Program-made: the position numbers and the translations under genes | Shown here: piece by piece, positions 9,833-19,783 of the stretch | Position numbering within the stretch: position 1 is the first letter of the stretch | How the letters are laid out: each line of letters begins with the position of its first letter | The notes under the pieces: generated by a model | What the model was told of the DNA's origin: nothing | The model's database searches: none | The model's input: the letters and a program-made list of their open reading frames with translations, nothing else | Assembly (NCBI GenBank): GCA_964580075.1 | Contig: CAZOJL010000002.1 | Span: 6,034-70,033 of the forward strand | Direction of reading: 5' to 3' | Length of the DNA: 64,000 nt | DNA from: an uncultured Akkermansia sp. | Lineage (GTDB): Bacteria; Verrucomicrobiota; Kiritimatiellia; RFP12; JAAYNR01

Positions 9833-10967
9833 CCCCGCCACGGGATGGCGGCAGAACGCGGTTCTGCGCGATGTTTTATTCTGGGTGCTGCGCGACTGGC
9901 GATGGAAGACGGTGGCGCTGGTGCTGGCGACCGCTCTCCATCTTTTTATCCGGGCGCGCATACGGCACACGGAGACGGTGATGGTGCCGCTGGATCTGGA
10001 TCCGCAGGCACAGGTGGCGGCTGCGACGATCGAGCCGCTCGCCGTGTCGGTGACCATTCAGGGGTCGCTGACGGAACTGCAGCGATTGGACAGCCGCCAG
10101 CTCCGCATGATTGTCCGTCCCAGCGTCTCGGAAGGGCGCACAGGACAGGGATCGTGGATCCGTCGCCTGTTGCGGTCGGCCGCGGGCAACCGTTCCCGCA
10201 TCACGGGCAATACCGAGGAGTTCCGTTTGACCGTGCGCAATCTCCAGGGGGGGAACCGGCAGATACGGGCGATCAAAATCGAACCCAAGATGGCGAAGGT
10301 CACCTATGACGTGCGCGGCGAGATCGAGTTGCCGGTGGCGGAGCCGGTCGTGCTGGGGAAGCCCTACCGGGGGCGTGTGGTCGTGGATTACACACCCAAG
10401 ACGGTTCGCGTGACCGGCTCGCGCGATCAGCTCGAAGAGATGGCCGCCAGCGGGGTGCAGTTGCAGACGGATCCGGTGGACGTCGACGGCCGCGTACAAG
10501 GCTACAAGAAGACGGTTCAGATTTTGCAACCCAGCGTGTCCCGGCTTGTCAAATTTGATCCTGCCGAAGTGACCGTTGAGGTCAAGATCATCACGGATCG
10601 GTTCACGATCAGTTTTTCGAACGTCACGGCGCTTGTGACCGGGTTTCCCGGCGACGGACAGGCGTGGCGCTGCGTGCCGCCCGAGGTGTCCGTACGGCTG
10701 ACCGGCCGTGCGGAAGTGGTCAACGCCATGCAACCCGGCCAGGTTTCGGTCTTTGTCGATATGCGCGATGCGCAGCGGCTCGGTACAAACGTCCTGCCGG
10801 TGAAGGTTTTTATTCCCTTTGACTTGTCGGTCGAAACGGCCGAGACGGAGCCGCCGGCCGTGACCGTGCTGGCGTTGCAGCCGGAGACCGTGCCGGAGGC
10901 GAAACCGGAAGCCGCGTCGGAGGCGGATCCCGATGGGGATGGTTCCGAAGCGGATCCCGAAGGATGA
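9825..10967 (+). CDS. cdaR: CdaA regulatory protein CdaR (YbbR-domain repeats)
   Basis: N-terminal transmembrane helix and repeated beta-rich YbbR-like segments. Overlaps the cdaA stop, in the conserved cdaA-cdaR arrangement. Acidic C-terminal tail. Confidence 0.65.
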   Translation: MTNPATGWRQNAVLRDVLFWVLRDWRWKTVALVLATALHLFIRARIRHTETVMVPLDLDPQAQVAAATIEPLAVSVTIQGSLTELQRLDSRQLRMIVRPSVSEGRTGQGSWIRRLLRSAAGNRSRITGNTEEFRLTVRNLQGGNRQIRAIKIEPKMAKVTYDVRGEIELPVAEPVVLGKPYRGRVVVDYTPKTVRVTGSRDQLEEMAASGVQLQTDPVDVDGRVQGYKKTVQILQPSVSRLVKFDPAEVTVEVKIITDRFTISFSNVTALVTGFPGDGQAWRCVPPEVSVRLTGRAEVVNAMQPGQVSVFVDMRDAQRLGTNVLPVKVFIPFDLSVETAETEPPAVTVLALQPETVPEAKPEAASEADPDGDGSEADPEG

Positions 10968-13588
10968 TGGCTATGGCAGACCTCACGCAAACACAGGATA
11001 CGGCGACGCCGCCGAAACTGGCGGCTCGCCTGGCAGGCGCCGCATTGATTCCGGCCAGCCTGTTTCCGCTGCTCGCTCTGGTGACGTATGATTGCCGGGA
11101 TGTGTCGTGGATTCATGTGCCGGCCAATATGCCGCCCGCGAATTTGATGGGCGTGGTCGGCGCCTGGCTGATCTTCTGGGGCTATGCGCTGTTCGGGTTT
11201 GCGTTGTGGCTGTTGCCGCCGACGCTGATACTCATCGGCCTGCTCATGGTATTCGGCAATCCCGTGCGGCTCGGGAGACGGCTGCTCTGGGGTTTCCTGT
11301 TTCTCGTGATGGTGTGCGCGCTCATACAATTAGCGTCCGGAGCGACGCCGGTGTTGGAGCCAATGCGGGATCTCAACATCACGCCGAATGCGGGCGGCGT
11401 CGTGGGGCAATGGGTGATGACGTGCTTTCTCAAGCGCTGGTTCAATCCGGTGGGTGGCGCGGTGGTGGCGGTGACGCTGGTGGTGGTGTTCGGGGTGCTG
11501 ACGGTTGGCGTGCGGACGCTGTGGCGCGCGGGGGCCTGGTTCCGGCAGCGGTGGCAGGAGCGGCGCCAACACGCGCTGGCGGTGGCGGCGCGTCTGAGCC
11601 GCGAAGCGGAGGGTGCCGCAAAGGACGCGGAACGCGATCGGGTGCGGGAGACCCGGGAGTCCGTCCGTCGGGCGCGCGAGCAGGAACGGCTGTCGCGACA
11701 GCAGCAGGAAGAAGAGACCCGGCGCGTCTTCGAAGCGCGCAAACGGATGCTGGCCGAAGAACGCCTCCAGGTTTCGCCGCAACCGGAAGATGACGTACGT
11801 AACAAGGCGGCTGCGATGCGCGAAGCGGCGAAACGCGAACAGCGCGGCGTTGCCGATGCGCCAGCGGCGGAGGGTGCGGATGCGGCTGTTTCGTCGGTGG
11901 CGGATGCCGATGATGCCGGTGTATCTGAGACGCCGCTGGAACCGTATCGTCTGCCGCCGGTCGAGTTGCTTTCACCGGTTCCCGATGACCGGCCGACGGT
12001 GGGCGACATGCAGCAGACGGCCGCCAATCTGGTCGCCAAATTTAAAGAGTTCAACATTCAGATCGAGGTGACCAACATCATTCCGGGGCCGGTCGTGACC
12101 CAATACGAGGTGCTGCCCGGCCCGGGTGTCCGCGTGGAACGGATCGCCGCTGAAGTGCGCAACCTCCAACTCGCGCTCGGAGCCGCCAGCCTGCGGGTTC
12201 TGGCGCCGATTCCGAACAAGAAGGTGTGCGGCATCGAAGTGCCCAACCTGGTGGCGCAGAAGGTGACGTTACGCCAGGTATTGGAAGGTGACATGTGGAC
12301 GAAAGGGACGTATGGCCTGCCCCTGGCCATGGGCAAGGATGTCGTGGGCAAGGACCTGGTGCTCGACTTGGCGACACTGCCACACATGCTGGTCGCCGGT
12401 CAGACGGGATCGGGCAAGAGCGTGTGTCTGAATGCCATCCTCATCGGGTTGCTCATGAGCCGGACGCCGGAGGAACTGCGCCTGATCCTGGTCGACCCCA
12501 AACGCGTCGAGTTCCCGCCCTACAACGATCTGCCGCACTTGCTCGTGCCGGTCATCACCGATCCCAAGAAGGTGGCGTATTCCCTGCGGTGGGCGCTGGG
12601 CGAGATGGACAAGCGGCTGAAAATGTTCCAAGCGGCCAAAACCCGCAACATTGCCGCGTTCAACAACCGGATGATCGTGCAGCAGGACGACCTCTTCGCC
12701 CCCGGTCCGGACACCGAACCGGTGGACGACGGCTTTCCACGGAAACTGCCCCATATTGTGATTGTCATCGATGAGATGGCCGACCTGATGACCACCGTCG
12801 GTAAGGAGGTCGAGGCGAGCATTTCGCGTTTGGCGGCCGTGTCGCGCGCGGCAGGCATCCATATGATTCTGGCCACGCAGCGGCCTTCGGTCGATGTGCT
12901 CACCGGCACCATCAAGGCCAATATTCCGGGGCGTGTCGCATTCCAGGTCGCACAGAGGAACGACAGCCGGATCATTCTCGATGCCCAGGGCGCCGAGAGC
13001 TTGATCGGCAGAGGAGACATGATTTTTCTCGATTCCAAACTCGGACAGGTGCGCGTCCAGGGGGCCTGGGTCGGCGACGACGAGATCGCCCGCGTGGTCA
13101 CGTTTGTCAAGGAGCACAGCCGTGCGGCGTTTGACGACACCTTCCTTACCAAGCTCGAGAAGGTGCGGGAGTTGGGCGCCGATGACGTCGACGCGGATGA
13201 TGCCGGCCACGAGGGGACGACAGACGCCGCGCGAGGCGAGGGCGAGGGGGCGGCTGAGGAAGACGGCGATGAGGTGATGGTGCGGGAGGCGATGCGCGTG
13301 ATTCGGGACACGCGCCGCGCGTCGACGTCCACGCTGCAGCGGCGGCTGCGCATCGGGTTTACACGCGCGGGTCGCATTATGGATCTATTGGAAGCGCGCG
13401 GGATCATCGGACCTCCGCAGGGCGTGGCCCCCCGCGATATATTGGTTGATCTGGATGCTGGATATGCGCATACTGACGGTTCGTCGGAAGCTTCAGCCAA
13501 TCTGGAGGAGTCTGTTGGAGGTGTGTTTGAATCGGATGCCCAAGAACCGTCGGACGGTTCCGAAGACACCGCGGGCGGGTTGAGGTAA
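10964..13588 (+). CDS. ftsK: DNA translocase FtsK/SpoIIIE
   Basis: N-terminal transmembrane domain, a coiled/low-complexity linker, motor domain with Walker A GQTGSGKS, and a C-terminal gamma winged-helix (STSTLQRRLRIGFTRAGRIMDLLE). ATGA overlap with cdaR. Confidence 0.9.
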   Translation: MMAMADLTQTQDTATPPKLAARLAGAALIPASLFPLLALVTYDCRDVSWIHVPANMPPANLMGVVGAWLIFWGYALFGFALWLLPPTLILIGLLMVFGNPVRLGRRLLWGFLFLVMVCALIQLASGATPVLEPMRDLNITPNAGGVVGQWVMTCFLKRWFNPVGGAVVAVTLVVVFGVLTVGVRTLWRAGAWFRQRWQERRQHALAVAARLSREAEGAAKDAERDRVRETRESVRRAREQERLSRQQQEEETRRVFEARKRMLAEERLQVSPQPEDDVRNKAAAMREAAKREQRGVADAPAAEGADAAVSSVADADDAGVSETPLEPYRLPPVELLSPVPDDRPTVGDMQQTAANLVAKFKEFNIQIEVTNIIPGPVVTQYEVLPGPGVRVERIAAEVRNLQLALGAASLRVLAPIPNKKVCGIEVPNLVAQKVTLRQVLEGDMWTKGTYGLPLAMGKDVVGKDLVLDLATLPHMLVAGQTGSGKSVCLNAILIGLLMSRTPEELRLILVDPKRVEFPPYNDLPHLLVPVITDPKKVAYSLRWALGEMDKRLKMFQAAKTRNIAAFNNRMIVQQDDLFAPGPDTEPVDDGFPRKLPHIVIVIDEMADLMTTVGKEVEASISRLAAVSRAAGIHMILATQRPSVDVLTGTIKANIPGRVAFQVAQRNDSRIILDAQGAESLIGRGDMIFLDSKLGQVRVQGAWVGDDEIARVVTFVKEHSRAAFDDTFLTKLEKVRELGADDVDADDAGHEGTTDAARGEGEGAAEEDGDEVMVREAMRVIRDTRRASTSTLQRRLRIGFTRAGRIMDLLEARGIIGPPQGVAPRDILVDLDAGYAHTDGSSEASANLEESVGGVFESDAQEPSDGSEDTAGGLR

Positions 13589-13609
13589 CGGGAAGGCAGG
13601 TGCGGATTT

Positions 13610-14503
13610 ATGGCGCTAGGATCGATCTTAAAAGAAGCACGTGAACGGAAAGGGCTGACATCCCAGCAGGTCGCCGAGACCACCCGGATGATGGTGCAGA
13701 TTGTGGAAGATCTCGAACTCGAGGATTTCCGCAGGATTGCCGCGCCGCTCTACGGAAGGGGTTTTATCAAGCTATATGCCGAATGTGTCGGCATCGAGCC
13801 GGACCCGTTGGTTGCGGAATTCATCGAGATATTCACGGGAAAGCGCCCCCCCCAGATTCAGCGCCGCGCGGTATCGGTCGCCCCTCCGGTGTCAGCGCGG
13901 TTGCAGCCGGATGCGCGCAAGCCGGAGACCGCGTCCCTGTCTGCGCCGATCACGTCCGGGCCGGGATTCCAACCGCCTGCACAGGGGAATGCACCGTCGC
14001 CTGGCGAACGGATCGAGCAGAAATCGGAACCCGCCCCGGAGGTGATGCCGCTGGACGAACCGGCAGAAGAACCGGCCTCTGATCTGTTTACCCTCGCGCA
14101 AAACAAGAGGCCGACTGCTCCGCAGCGGCAATCCCGTGGCGTCCGCGAGCCGGCGGCGCTGCCGCCCCGGGTTCTCCCGTTCAGCGGCGGGAGTCCGACA
14201 GCGGAGCAACCGGATGATCTCCCGGAAGAGACGGCCCCACCGCCTCCAAAACGATCGGGCGAAGCGGCGTGGTGCCCGTCCCGGGTGGTGGTGCGGGAAG
14301 TGGCTCGAATCTGGAGCGGCATGCCGCGGTTGCCCTCGGAGTGGCTAACGCCCCGACGGATGATGCTCGCCGTGGCTGTCGTGGCGGGCGTGGCCATTCT
14401 GCTGCTCGGTGTGCGCTTCCTCGCCTGGCTGACCGAACGGTCGGCTTCCCAGCCGGTCGTTTCCGTACGCGTGCTTCCGCCTCCGCCGCCCTATTTTGAG
14501 TGA
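13610..14503 (+). CDS. RodZ-like cytoskeleton protein (XRE-type HTH, Pro-rich linker, C-terminal transmembrane helix)
   Basis: N-terminal HTH_XRE (LKEARERKGLTSQQVAE) followed by a RGFIKLYAECVGI motif that matches the RodZ RGYIRSYARL region. Pro-rich linker and one transmembrane helix near the C-terminus. Confidence 0.55.
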   Translation: MALGSILKEARERKGLTSQQVAETTRMMVQIVEDLELEDFRRIAAPLYGRGFIKLYAECVGIEPDPLVAEFIEIFTGKRPPQIQRRAVSVAPPVSARLQPDARKPETASLSAPITSGPGFQPPAQGNAPSPGERIEQKSEPAPEVMPLDEPAEEPASDLFTLAQNKRPTAPQRQSRGVREPAALPPRVLPFSGGSPTAEQPDDLPEETAPPPPKRSGEAAWCPSRVVVREVARIWSGMPRLPSEWLTPRRMMLAVAVVAGVAILLLGVRFLAWLTERSASQPVVSVRVLPPPPPYFE

Positions 14504-14573
14504 GGCTGTGGCTGGCGCGCGGGTGTTGGCGGGCGATGTTCGTGAGTCAGATTTCGGCAGAAGAGGGAGTGGT

Positions 14574-15935
14574 GTGTTGCGTTCAAAATCGGTTTCGGTC
14601 GGGTTCGTCAGTCTGGGGTGTTCGAAGAATGTGGTGGATGCCCAGGTGATGGCCGGGTTTGTGTTGGACGATGGCCTGGTTCTGGCACCCGCTCCGGAGG
14701 CGGCCGATGTCGTGATCGTCAACACCTGTGCCTTTATCGGCGACGCGCGCGCAGAGGCCGCCGAGGCTATTCTGCAGGTGTGCGGGCTCAAGACGGCTGG
14801 CGGCTGCCGCGGCGTGGTGGTCACGGGGTGCATGGCGCAACGGTATGGCGACCGTCTGCTCAAGAGTTTCCCGGATATTGACGCCTGTGTCGGCGTGGAT
14901 GCGCTGGATCAGATCGGAGCGATCATCCGCCGCGTGGCCGCAGGTGAGCGGGGCATCGTCGCGGTCACGGCAGAACCGTCGCGTCTGTTCACGCCCACCC
15001 GGCCGACGCTCTCGTTCAGCGGCGGGCCGTTCGCCTGGCTCAAGATCGCCGACGGATGCAGCCATGCCTGCGCGTTCTGCGCGATACCGGGCATCCGCGG
15101 GAAGCTCCGCTCGCGGCCGATGGAGGAGGTGCTGGCCGAAGCCCGCGCGTGCCTCGGCGCCGGCGCGCGCGAATTGAATCTCATTGCGCAGGACACGACC
15201 GCCTATGGCCGGGAGCGCCGGGAGCCCGACGGCCTGGCGACGCTGTTGCGGATGCTGGATGCCCTGGACGGCCGCTTCTGGATACGTGTGATGTACGGGT
15301 ATCCGTCGCTGATCTCCGACGCGCTGCTCGAAACCGTCGCCGTGTCCCGGCACGTCTGCCGCTATTTCGATGTGCCGGTGCAACACAGCCACCCCGACAT
15401 CCTGCGAGCGATGCGGCGGGCCGATACGATCAAGCCGGTCGCACGGCTTGCCGAGCGGATCCGGAACGCCGTACCGGGCGCGGTTTTGCGCACCACCTGC
15501 CTGGTTGGATTTCCCGGCGAAGGAGACGCCCATTTTGAGCATCTTCTGGCCACCGTGAAGCAGGCGCGTTTTGACCATGTGGGGGTCTTCGTCTACTCGC
15601 CCGAAGCGGGGACGGCCTCTTACCGGATGGGCGCTGTTCCGCCGCTTGAAGTGGCCGAGGAACGGCGGCGGCGGCTCATGCTGGCGCAACGGCGGATTGT
15701 GGATGAGAAACGACGCGAGCTGACCGGCACGCGCGCCGACGCCCTGCTCATCCGCACCGCTCGCCCGCTGCGCGGCCGTCCGACCTGGGAGGCGCGGCTC
15801 GAACGTCAGGCTCCCGATGTAGACGGCGTGACGCGCGTCGTCGGCGTGCTGACGGGCGCCCGTCCGGGGGATTGGGCGCAAGTCGCCATTACGGGTGGCC
15901 GCGGCTACGACCTGTATGCGGCGGTTACCCCGTAG
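14574..15935 (+). CDS. rimO: Ribosomal protein S12 methylthiotransferase RimO (MiaB-family radical SAM)
   Basis: MTTase N-domain (VGFVSLGCSKNVVDAQ), radical-SAM CSHACAFCAIP motif, and a C-terminal TRAM-like region. Likely GTG start at 14574 preceded by the AGAGGGAG Shine-Dalgarno; the longer ORF starting at 14496 overlaps the rodZ-like gene. Confidence 0.8.
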   Translation: MLRSKSVSVGFVSLGCSKNVVDAQVMAGFVLDDGLVLAPAPEAADVVIVNTCAFIGDARAEAAEAILQVCGLKTAGGCRGVVVTGCMAQRYGDRLLKSFPDIDACVGVDALDQIGAIIRRVAAGERGIVAVTAEPSRLFTPTRPTLSFSGGPFAWLKIADGCSHACAFCAIPGIRGKLRSRPMEEVLAEARACLGAGARELNLIAQDTTAYGRERREPDGLATLLRMLDALDGRFWIRVMYGYPSLISDALLETVAVSRHVCRYFDVPVQHSHPDILRAMRRADTIKPVARLAERIRNAVPGAVLRTTCLVGFPGEGDAHFEHLLATVKQARFDHVGVFVYSPEAGTASYRMGAVPPLEVAEERRRRLMLAQRRIVDEKRRELTGTRADALLIRTARPLRGRPTWEARLERQAPDVDGVTRVVGVLTGARPGDWAQVAITGGRGYDLYAAVTP

Positions 15936-15960
15936 CGAAACCCTTGGAAGCGCCGAGAAT

Positions 15961-16070
15961 CGGGGTTCGGGGTTCGGGGTTCGGGGTTCAGGCCGGAAAC
16001 GCCTCCTGAACCCCGAACCCTGAACCCTCTCCGCTTGCACAAACCGGAGGTTTTGCAAGCGCCTCATGCG
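15961..16070. repeat. G-rich palindromic element. It has (GGGGTTC)x4 followed by an imperfect complementary C-rich arm, then a 'cttgcacaaaccggaggttttgcaagcgcctca' module. Possible terminator or REP/MITE-like element.
   Basis: Seen directly. Four G4 tracts with 3-nt loops at 15962-15989. The right arm cctgaaccccgaaccctgaaccct is its near-complement. The adjacent module is an inverted copy of 5526-5575. Confidence 0.65.
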
Positions 16071-16090
16071 TTTGCCCTGCCATTTCCGGT

Positions 16091-16119
16091 TTGGCATCCG
16101 GCGTGAATTTTGGTATAGT
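16091..16119 (+). promoter_or_regulatory. Putative sigma70-type promoter (TTGGCA -17 nt- TATAGT) for the hybrid sensor kinase
   Basis: Hexamer spacing and sequence close to consensus, ~25 nt upstream of the 16144 start. Confidence 0.3.
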
Positions 16120-16143
16120 GCATAAACGCGTAATTACTCAAAC

Positions 16144-19100
16144 ATGTGTTGTATGCCGGAAAACGATAGTGACATCACGGGTGGCGTACCGCAGGCCTCG
16201 GGGAATGGCGCGGCAAACGCGGAAAACGTTTTGGACGGCGTGTCTTCACACGGGTGGCCGGCCGATGAAGCGTTGCGCATTTGGCGGGAGGTTCACCGGG
16301 TCATTTACGGGGCCGCAGGCGAGGCGGACGCCCTGCAGGCTGTTTGTGAGGCGCTGCTCACATTCGCCGGTTGCGCCTGTTCCCGCATCGGGCTGATTGA
16401 CACGGACGATCCGTGTGTGGTGCGTTTTACTGCATCGGCCGGTCGATTTCATGGGGCGTTGAGCGAACGGTCGTTCCGGATCGACGGGAGCGTGCTCGCC
16501 GACACGTTGCCGCTTGTCCATGCGTTGGAGACGGGCGAACCGGTTGTTTCCGCCGTGACGTCCAACACGTTCTTTCGGCGTTGGTTCTCACTGGGTGATC
16601 GCCGGGGGTTTTGCGCGGCGTTTCCCTTGCGAACGGGATTGAGTCGATTCGGAGTTCTGGCGCTGGTTGCTGCAGATGCGGCTGTTTTTTCCGGTTCCAG
16701 GCTACGGTTTTGGGGTGATCTGGCCGATACGGTGGCACACGGAATCGGCGCGATGAGAGATCGTCAGGCTCGCCTTCTGGCAGAGCGCGCCTCGCGCGCG
16801 GCCGATGCCCTGCTTCACGCGGCGATTGGCAGTGCGCCGATGTTGATCACCGTGCGCAATGCGGACGGACGCCTGACACGTGTGCTCAACGGTGGGCAGG
16901 CCCTGCCTCCCGGCTTTACCCATCAAAATATGATCGGGCTTTTTCCGTCGGCTGACGGTTTGCCAACGCCGAACGGGCTCGATGAGCATGATCGTCGGAT
17001 CGTTTCCAGCGGCGGTCAGATCCAGGTGGAGCGTTCCGTGACCGGTCCGGACGGCGTGCCGCGATCGGTCTGGACGACCCGGGGACCGCTTTTAGACAGC
17101 GATGGCCAAGCAGGCGGCATCTATGAGATCATTCGTGACATCTCGAATGAAAAAGAAGCGGCGCAACGCCTGCTTCACGTCACACGGTCACGGACGGTTC
17201 TCAGTGACCTGGGACAGGTTTTGGTACGATCCGACTCGGAGGAGGCGCTCCTTGCCGGCGCCTGCCGAGCACTGACCGAGGCGGGAGGCTATATCCAGTG
17301 CTGGGGCGTCCGGATCGAATCCGAAAACGCATGCCGGATCCGGATATTGGCCGCAGGGGGGGAACCGGCCAGAAAGGAAACGCAGCCGGTTCAGGAAAAG
17401 CGCGAATGGGCCGCTTTTCCCGAGCCGCATAAGCTTGCGCGGGCGATTCAAGGCGGCTTGTCGGAAGTCTGCAGCGGGGATACGCCCCCTGCCGCGGAGC
17501 TCTGTCGTCCGTTGGGAAGGGTGGACAGCCGTGTGCGGGCCTGCGCCACGATGTCCTTGTGGGACGGCGCAACGCTCTATGGCGCCTTGGTGGTGTGTGC
17601 CGCTACGGATGCCGCGTTTTCGGAGGAAGGAATCGAGTTTCTCCGGGAGCTGTCGCGGGACATCAGCTTCGGCATCACCGCACTTCGGGCGCGCCTGGCG
17701 CATCTGGCAGCCGAACAGAAGCAGCATGAAACGTCGGAGCTGTTGCGCAATGTCATTGAAGGCTCCTCTGATTTTATCTACATCGTCGATTTTCAGGGAC
17801 GCTACCAGCAGTTCCTCAACCGCGGCGGCTTGAAACGATATGGCATCGATCCCGACCGCGTGATCGGCCGGACGCCCACGCAGGTGTGGGGTGTCGTCAT
17901 CGGACGCCACGAAATGGAGCGTTACCAACAGATCCTCGCTCGCGGCATGGTCGTGCAAGGGGAGGAAACGGTGAGCGTCAATGATGGTGGGGTCCGGCAA
18001 CTCTGGGTGACAAACGGGCCCCTTCGGGGTGAAGACGGAAAACTGTTTGGCGTCTTCGGGATCGTGCGCGACGTGACCGACTTCCGGCGTGCCGAACGCG
18101 TCTTGCGCGCCAACAGCGAACGGTTGGAAGTGTTGCAGTCGCTGGTGGCCCGCGACTATGACAACGAGAACGACATGATCCGCTTCGGCATGGCTGAAAT
18201 TATGCGGATCACGGGATCGGTGATCGGCTATTTCAATATTGTTGACGGCGACAAGGTGAACGTCTTCATGCAGATCCGGCGGGGCAACGAGGTGGAAGAC
18301 GCGCCTTTTCTGCCCATGGGTACGGTGTTGCCTTTGCCGGGTACGCCATGGGCGAATTGCAGGGCCACGCGGAAACCCCTGGTGGTCAACAATGCGGCGT
18401 TCAGTTTTGGCGATGGCGCCGGCCGCCTGACCCTGAACCGCCAGATCTGCGTGCCCGTCAGCGTCAACGATCGGGTGGAGGTGCTGGCGGGGGTCTGCAA
18501 CAAGGCGGCGGATTATGAGGAGATTGATGTCCAGCAGGTCAGTCTGTTCATGGAAAGCCTCTGGCAATTGATTCTGCATCGCCGCGCCGACCAAAAGAGC
18601 CGCCTGTTGCGCGACCAGTTGGAGCAATCGCAGAAGCTGGAACTGGTGGGGCATCTGACGGGCGGCATCGCGCATGATTTCAACAACCTGCTGCAGGTGA
18701 TCAATGGCTACTCGGAAATCATGCTGAAGCGAATGCAACCGGGCGATGCGTTCCGTCACGAAGTATCCGAGATCTTTGAAGCCGGCCGCCGTGCGGCGCA
18801 CATGACCGGACGGCTGTTGGCCTTCAGCCGGAGGCAGGTGGCGCGTCAGGAATCGGTAAGCCTCAACCCGATCATCCTTGAAATGGAGAAGATGCTGCGG
18901 CGGATCATCGGTGAAAATATCGACCTCCGGATCGATCTGCATCCTGATCTGCCGGAGTGTCTGGCGGACATCAACCAGATCGAGCAGGTCTTGCTCAACC
19001 TCTGTGTCAACGCGCGCGACGCCATGCCGCGCGGCGGTGTGTTGACGCTTCGTACGCAGGTCGAAAACCTCGACGCCATACAGGCTGCGGCGTTACGGAT

Positions 19101-19773
19101 ACGGCCGGGGATGACGGTGGTTCTCGCTGTCGTCGACACCGGCACCGGGATGGCTCAGACGGTGAAGGATCATCTCTTTGAAGCTTTCTTCACCACCAAG
19201 GAGCAGGGCAAAGGCACGGGTTTGGGACTGGCGACCGTGCACGGAATTATCACGCAGCACAATGGCCACATCGGGTACATGTCGGAAGTGGGCGTGGGCA
19301 CCACCTGTACGGTGTTGCTGCCGGCCATTAACGCGTTGGCAGTTCAATCCAAACCGGCCGATGTCGTCGCGCGTGAGGGGGACTCTACGGGTAGCGGCGA
19401 ATGGCTGTTGGTGGGAGAGGACGAGGATCATGTGCGGAAGATGCTGTCGCAAACCCTGACGGCCCACGGATACCACGTGCTGGAGGCGTGTGACGGTACC
19501 GACGTGTTGCGTCTGTACGGCATGAATCGCGGTCGCGTGGCGCTGATCATCTGCGACGTCTGTATGCCGGGAAAAGGGGGGCTGGAGTTGGAGCGGGAAC
19601 TCTCCGTGACGTATCGCAATCCCCCGCCGGTATTGTTTATGACGGGCTACATGGATATCATCGAATGTCTCCGGGCGGACGGCAGCACCATCGACCCCAT
19701 GGTCAAACCGATAGCGGCCGACGAGCTTTTAAGGCGGGTCAAAGATGTCCTGAGTCGTTCAATCGACGACTGA
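16144..19773 (+). CDS. Hybrid sensor histidine kinase / response regulator with multiple GAF/PAS sensory domains
   Basis: HisKA H-box (LVGHLTGGIAHDFNNLL), HATPase_c G-boxes (GTGLGLATVHGII), C-terminal receiver domain (LLVGEDEDHV..DVCMPGKGG), and long N-terminal GAF/PAS-like repeats. Confidence 0.85.
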   Translation: MCCMPENDSDITGGVPQASGNGAANAENVLDGVSSHGWPADEALRIWREVHRVIYGAAGEADALQAVCEALLTFAGCACSRIGLIDTDDPCVVRFTASAGRFHGALSERSFRIDGSVLADTLPLVHALETGEPVVSAVTSNTFFRRWFSLGDRRGFCAAFPLRTGLSRFGVLALVAADAAVFSGSRLRFWGDLADTVAHGIGAMRDRQARLLAERASRAADALLHAAIGSAPMLITVRNADGRLTRVLNGGQALPPGFTHQNMIGLFPSADGLPTPNGLDEHDRRIVSSGGQIQVERSVTGPDGVPRSVWTTRGPLLDSDGQAGGIYEIIRDISNEKEAAQRLLHVTRSRTVLSDLGQVLVRSDSEEALLAGACRALTEAGGYIQCWGVRIESENACRIRILAAGGEPARKETQPVQEKREWAAFPEPHKLARAIQGGLSEVCSGDTPPAAELCRPLGRVDSRVRACATMSLWDGATLYGALVVCAATDAAFSEEGIEFLRELSRDISFGITALRARLAHLAAEQKQHETSELLRNVIEGSSDFIYIVDFQGRYQQFLNRGGLKRYGIDPDRVIGRTPTQVWGVVIGRHEMERYQQILARGMVVQGEETVSVNDGGVRQLWVTNGPLRGEDGKLFGVFGIVRDVTDFRRAERVLRANSERLEVLQSLVARDYDNENDMIRFGMAEIMRITGSVIGYFNIVDGDKVNVFMQIRRGNEVEDAPFLPMGTVLPLPGTPWANCRATRKPLVVNNAAFSFGDGAGRLTLNRQICVPVSVNDRVEVLAGVCNKAADYEEIDVQQVSLFMESLWQLILHRRADQKSRLLRDQLEQSQKLELVGHLTGGIAHDFNNLLQVINGYSEIMLKRMQPGDAFRHEVSEIFEAGRRAAHMTGRLLAFSRRQVARQESVSLNPIILEMEKMLRRIIGENIDLRIDLHPDLPECLADINQIEQVLLNLCVNARDAMPRGGVLTLRTQVENLDAIQAAALRIRPGMTVVLAVVDTGTGMAQTVKDHLFEAFFTTKEQGKGTGLGLATVHGIITQHNGHIGYMSEVGVGTTCTVLLPAINALAVQSKPADVVAREGDSTGSGEWLLVGEDEDHVRKMLSQTLTAHGYHVLEACDGTDVLRLYGMNRGRVALIICDVCMPGKGGLELERELSVTYRNPPPVLFMTGYMDIIECLRADGSTIDPMVKPIAADELLRRVKDVLSRSIDD

Positions 19774-19783
19774 TGCCCAGCGG

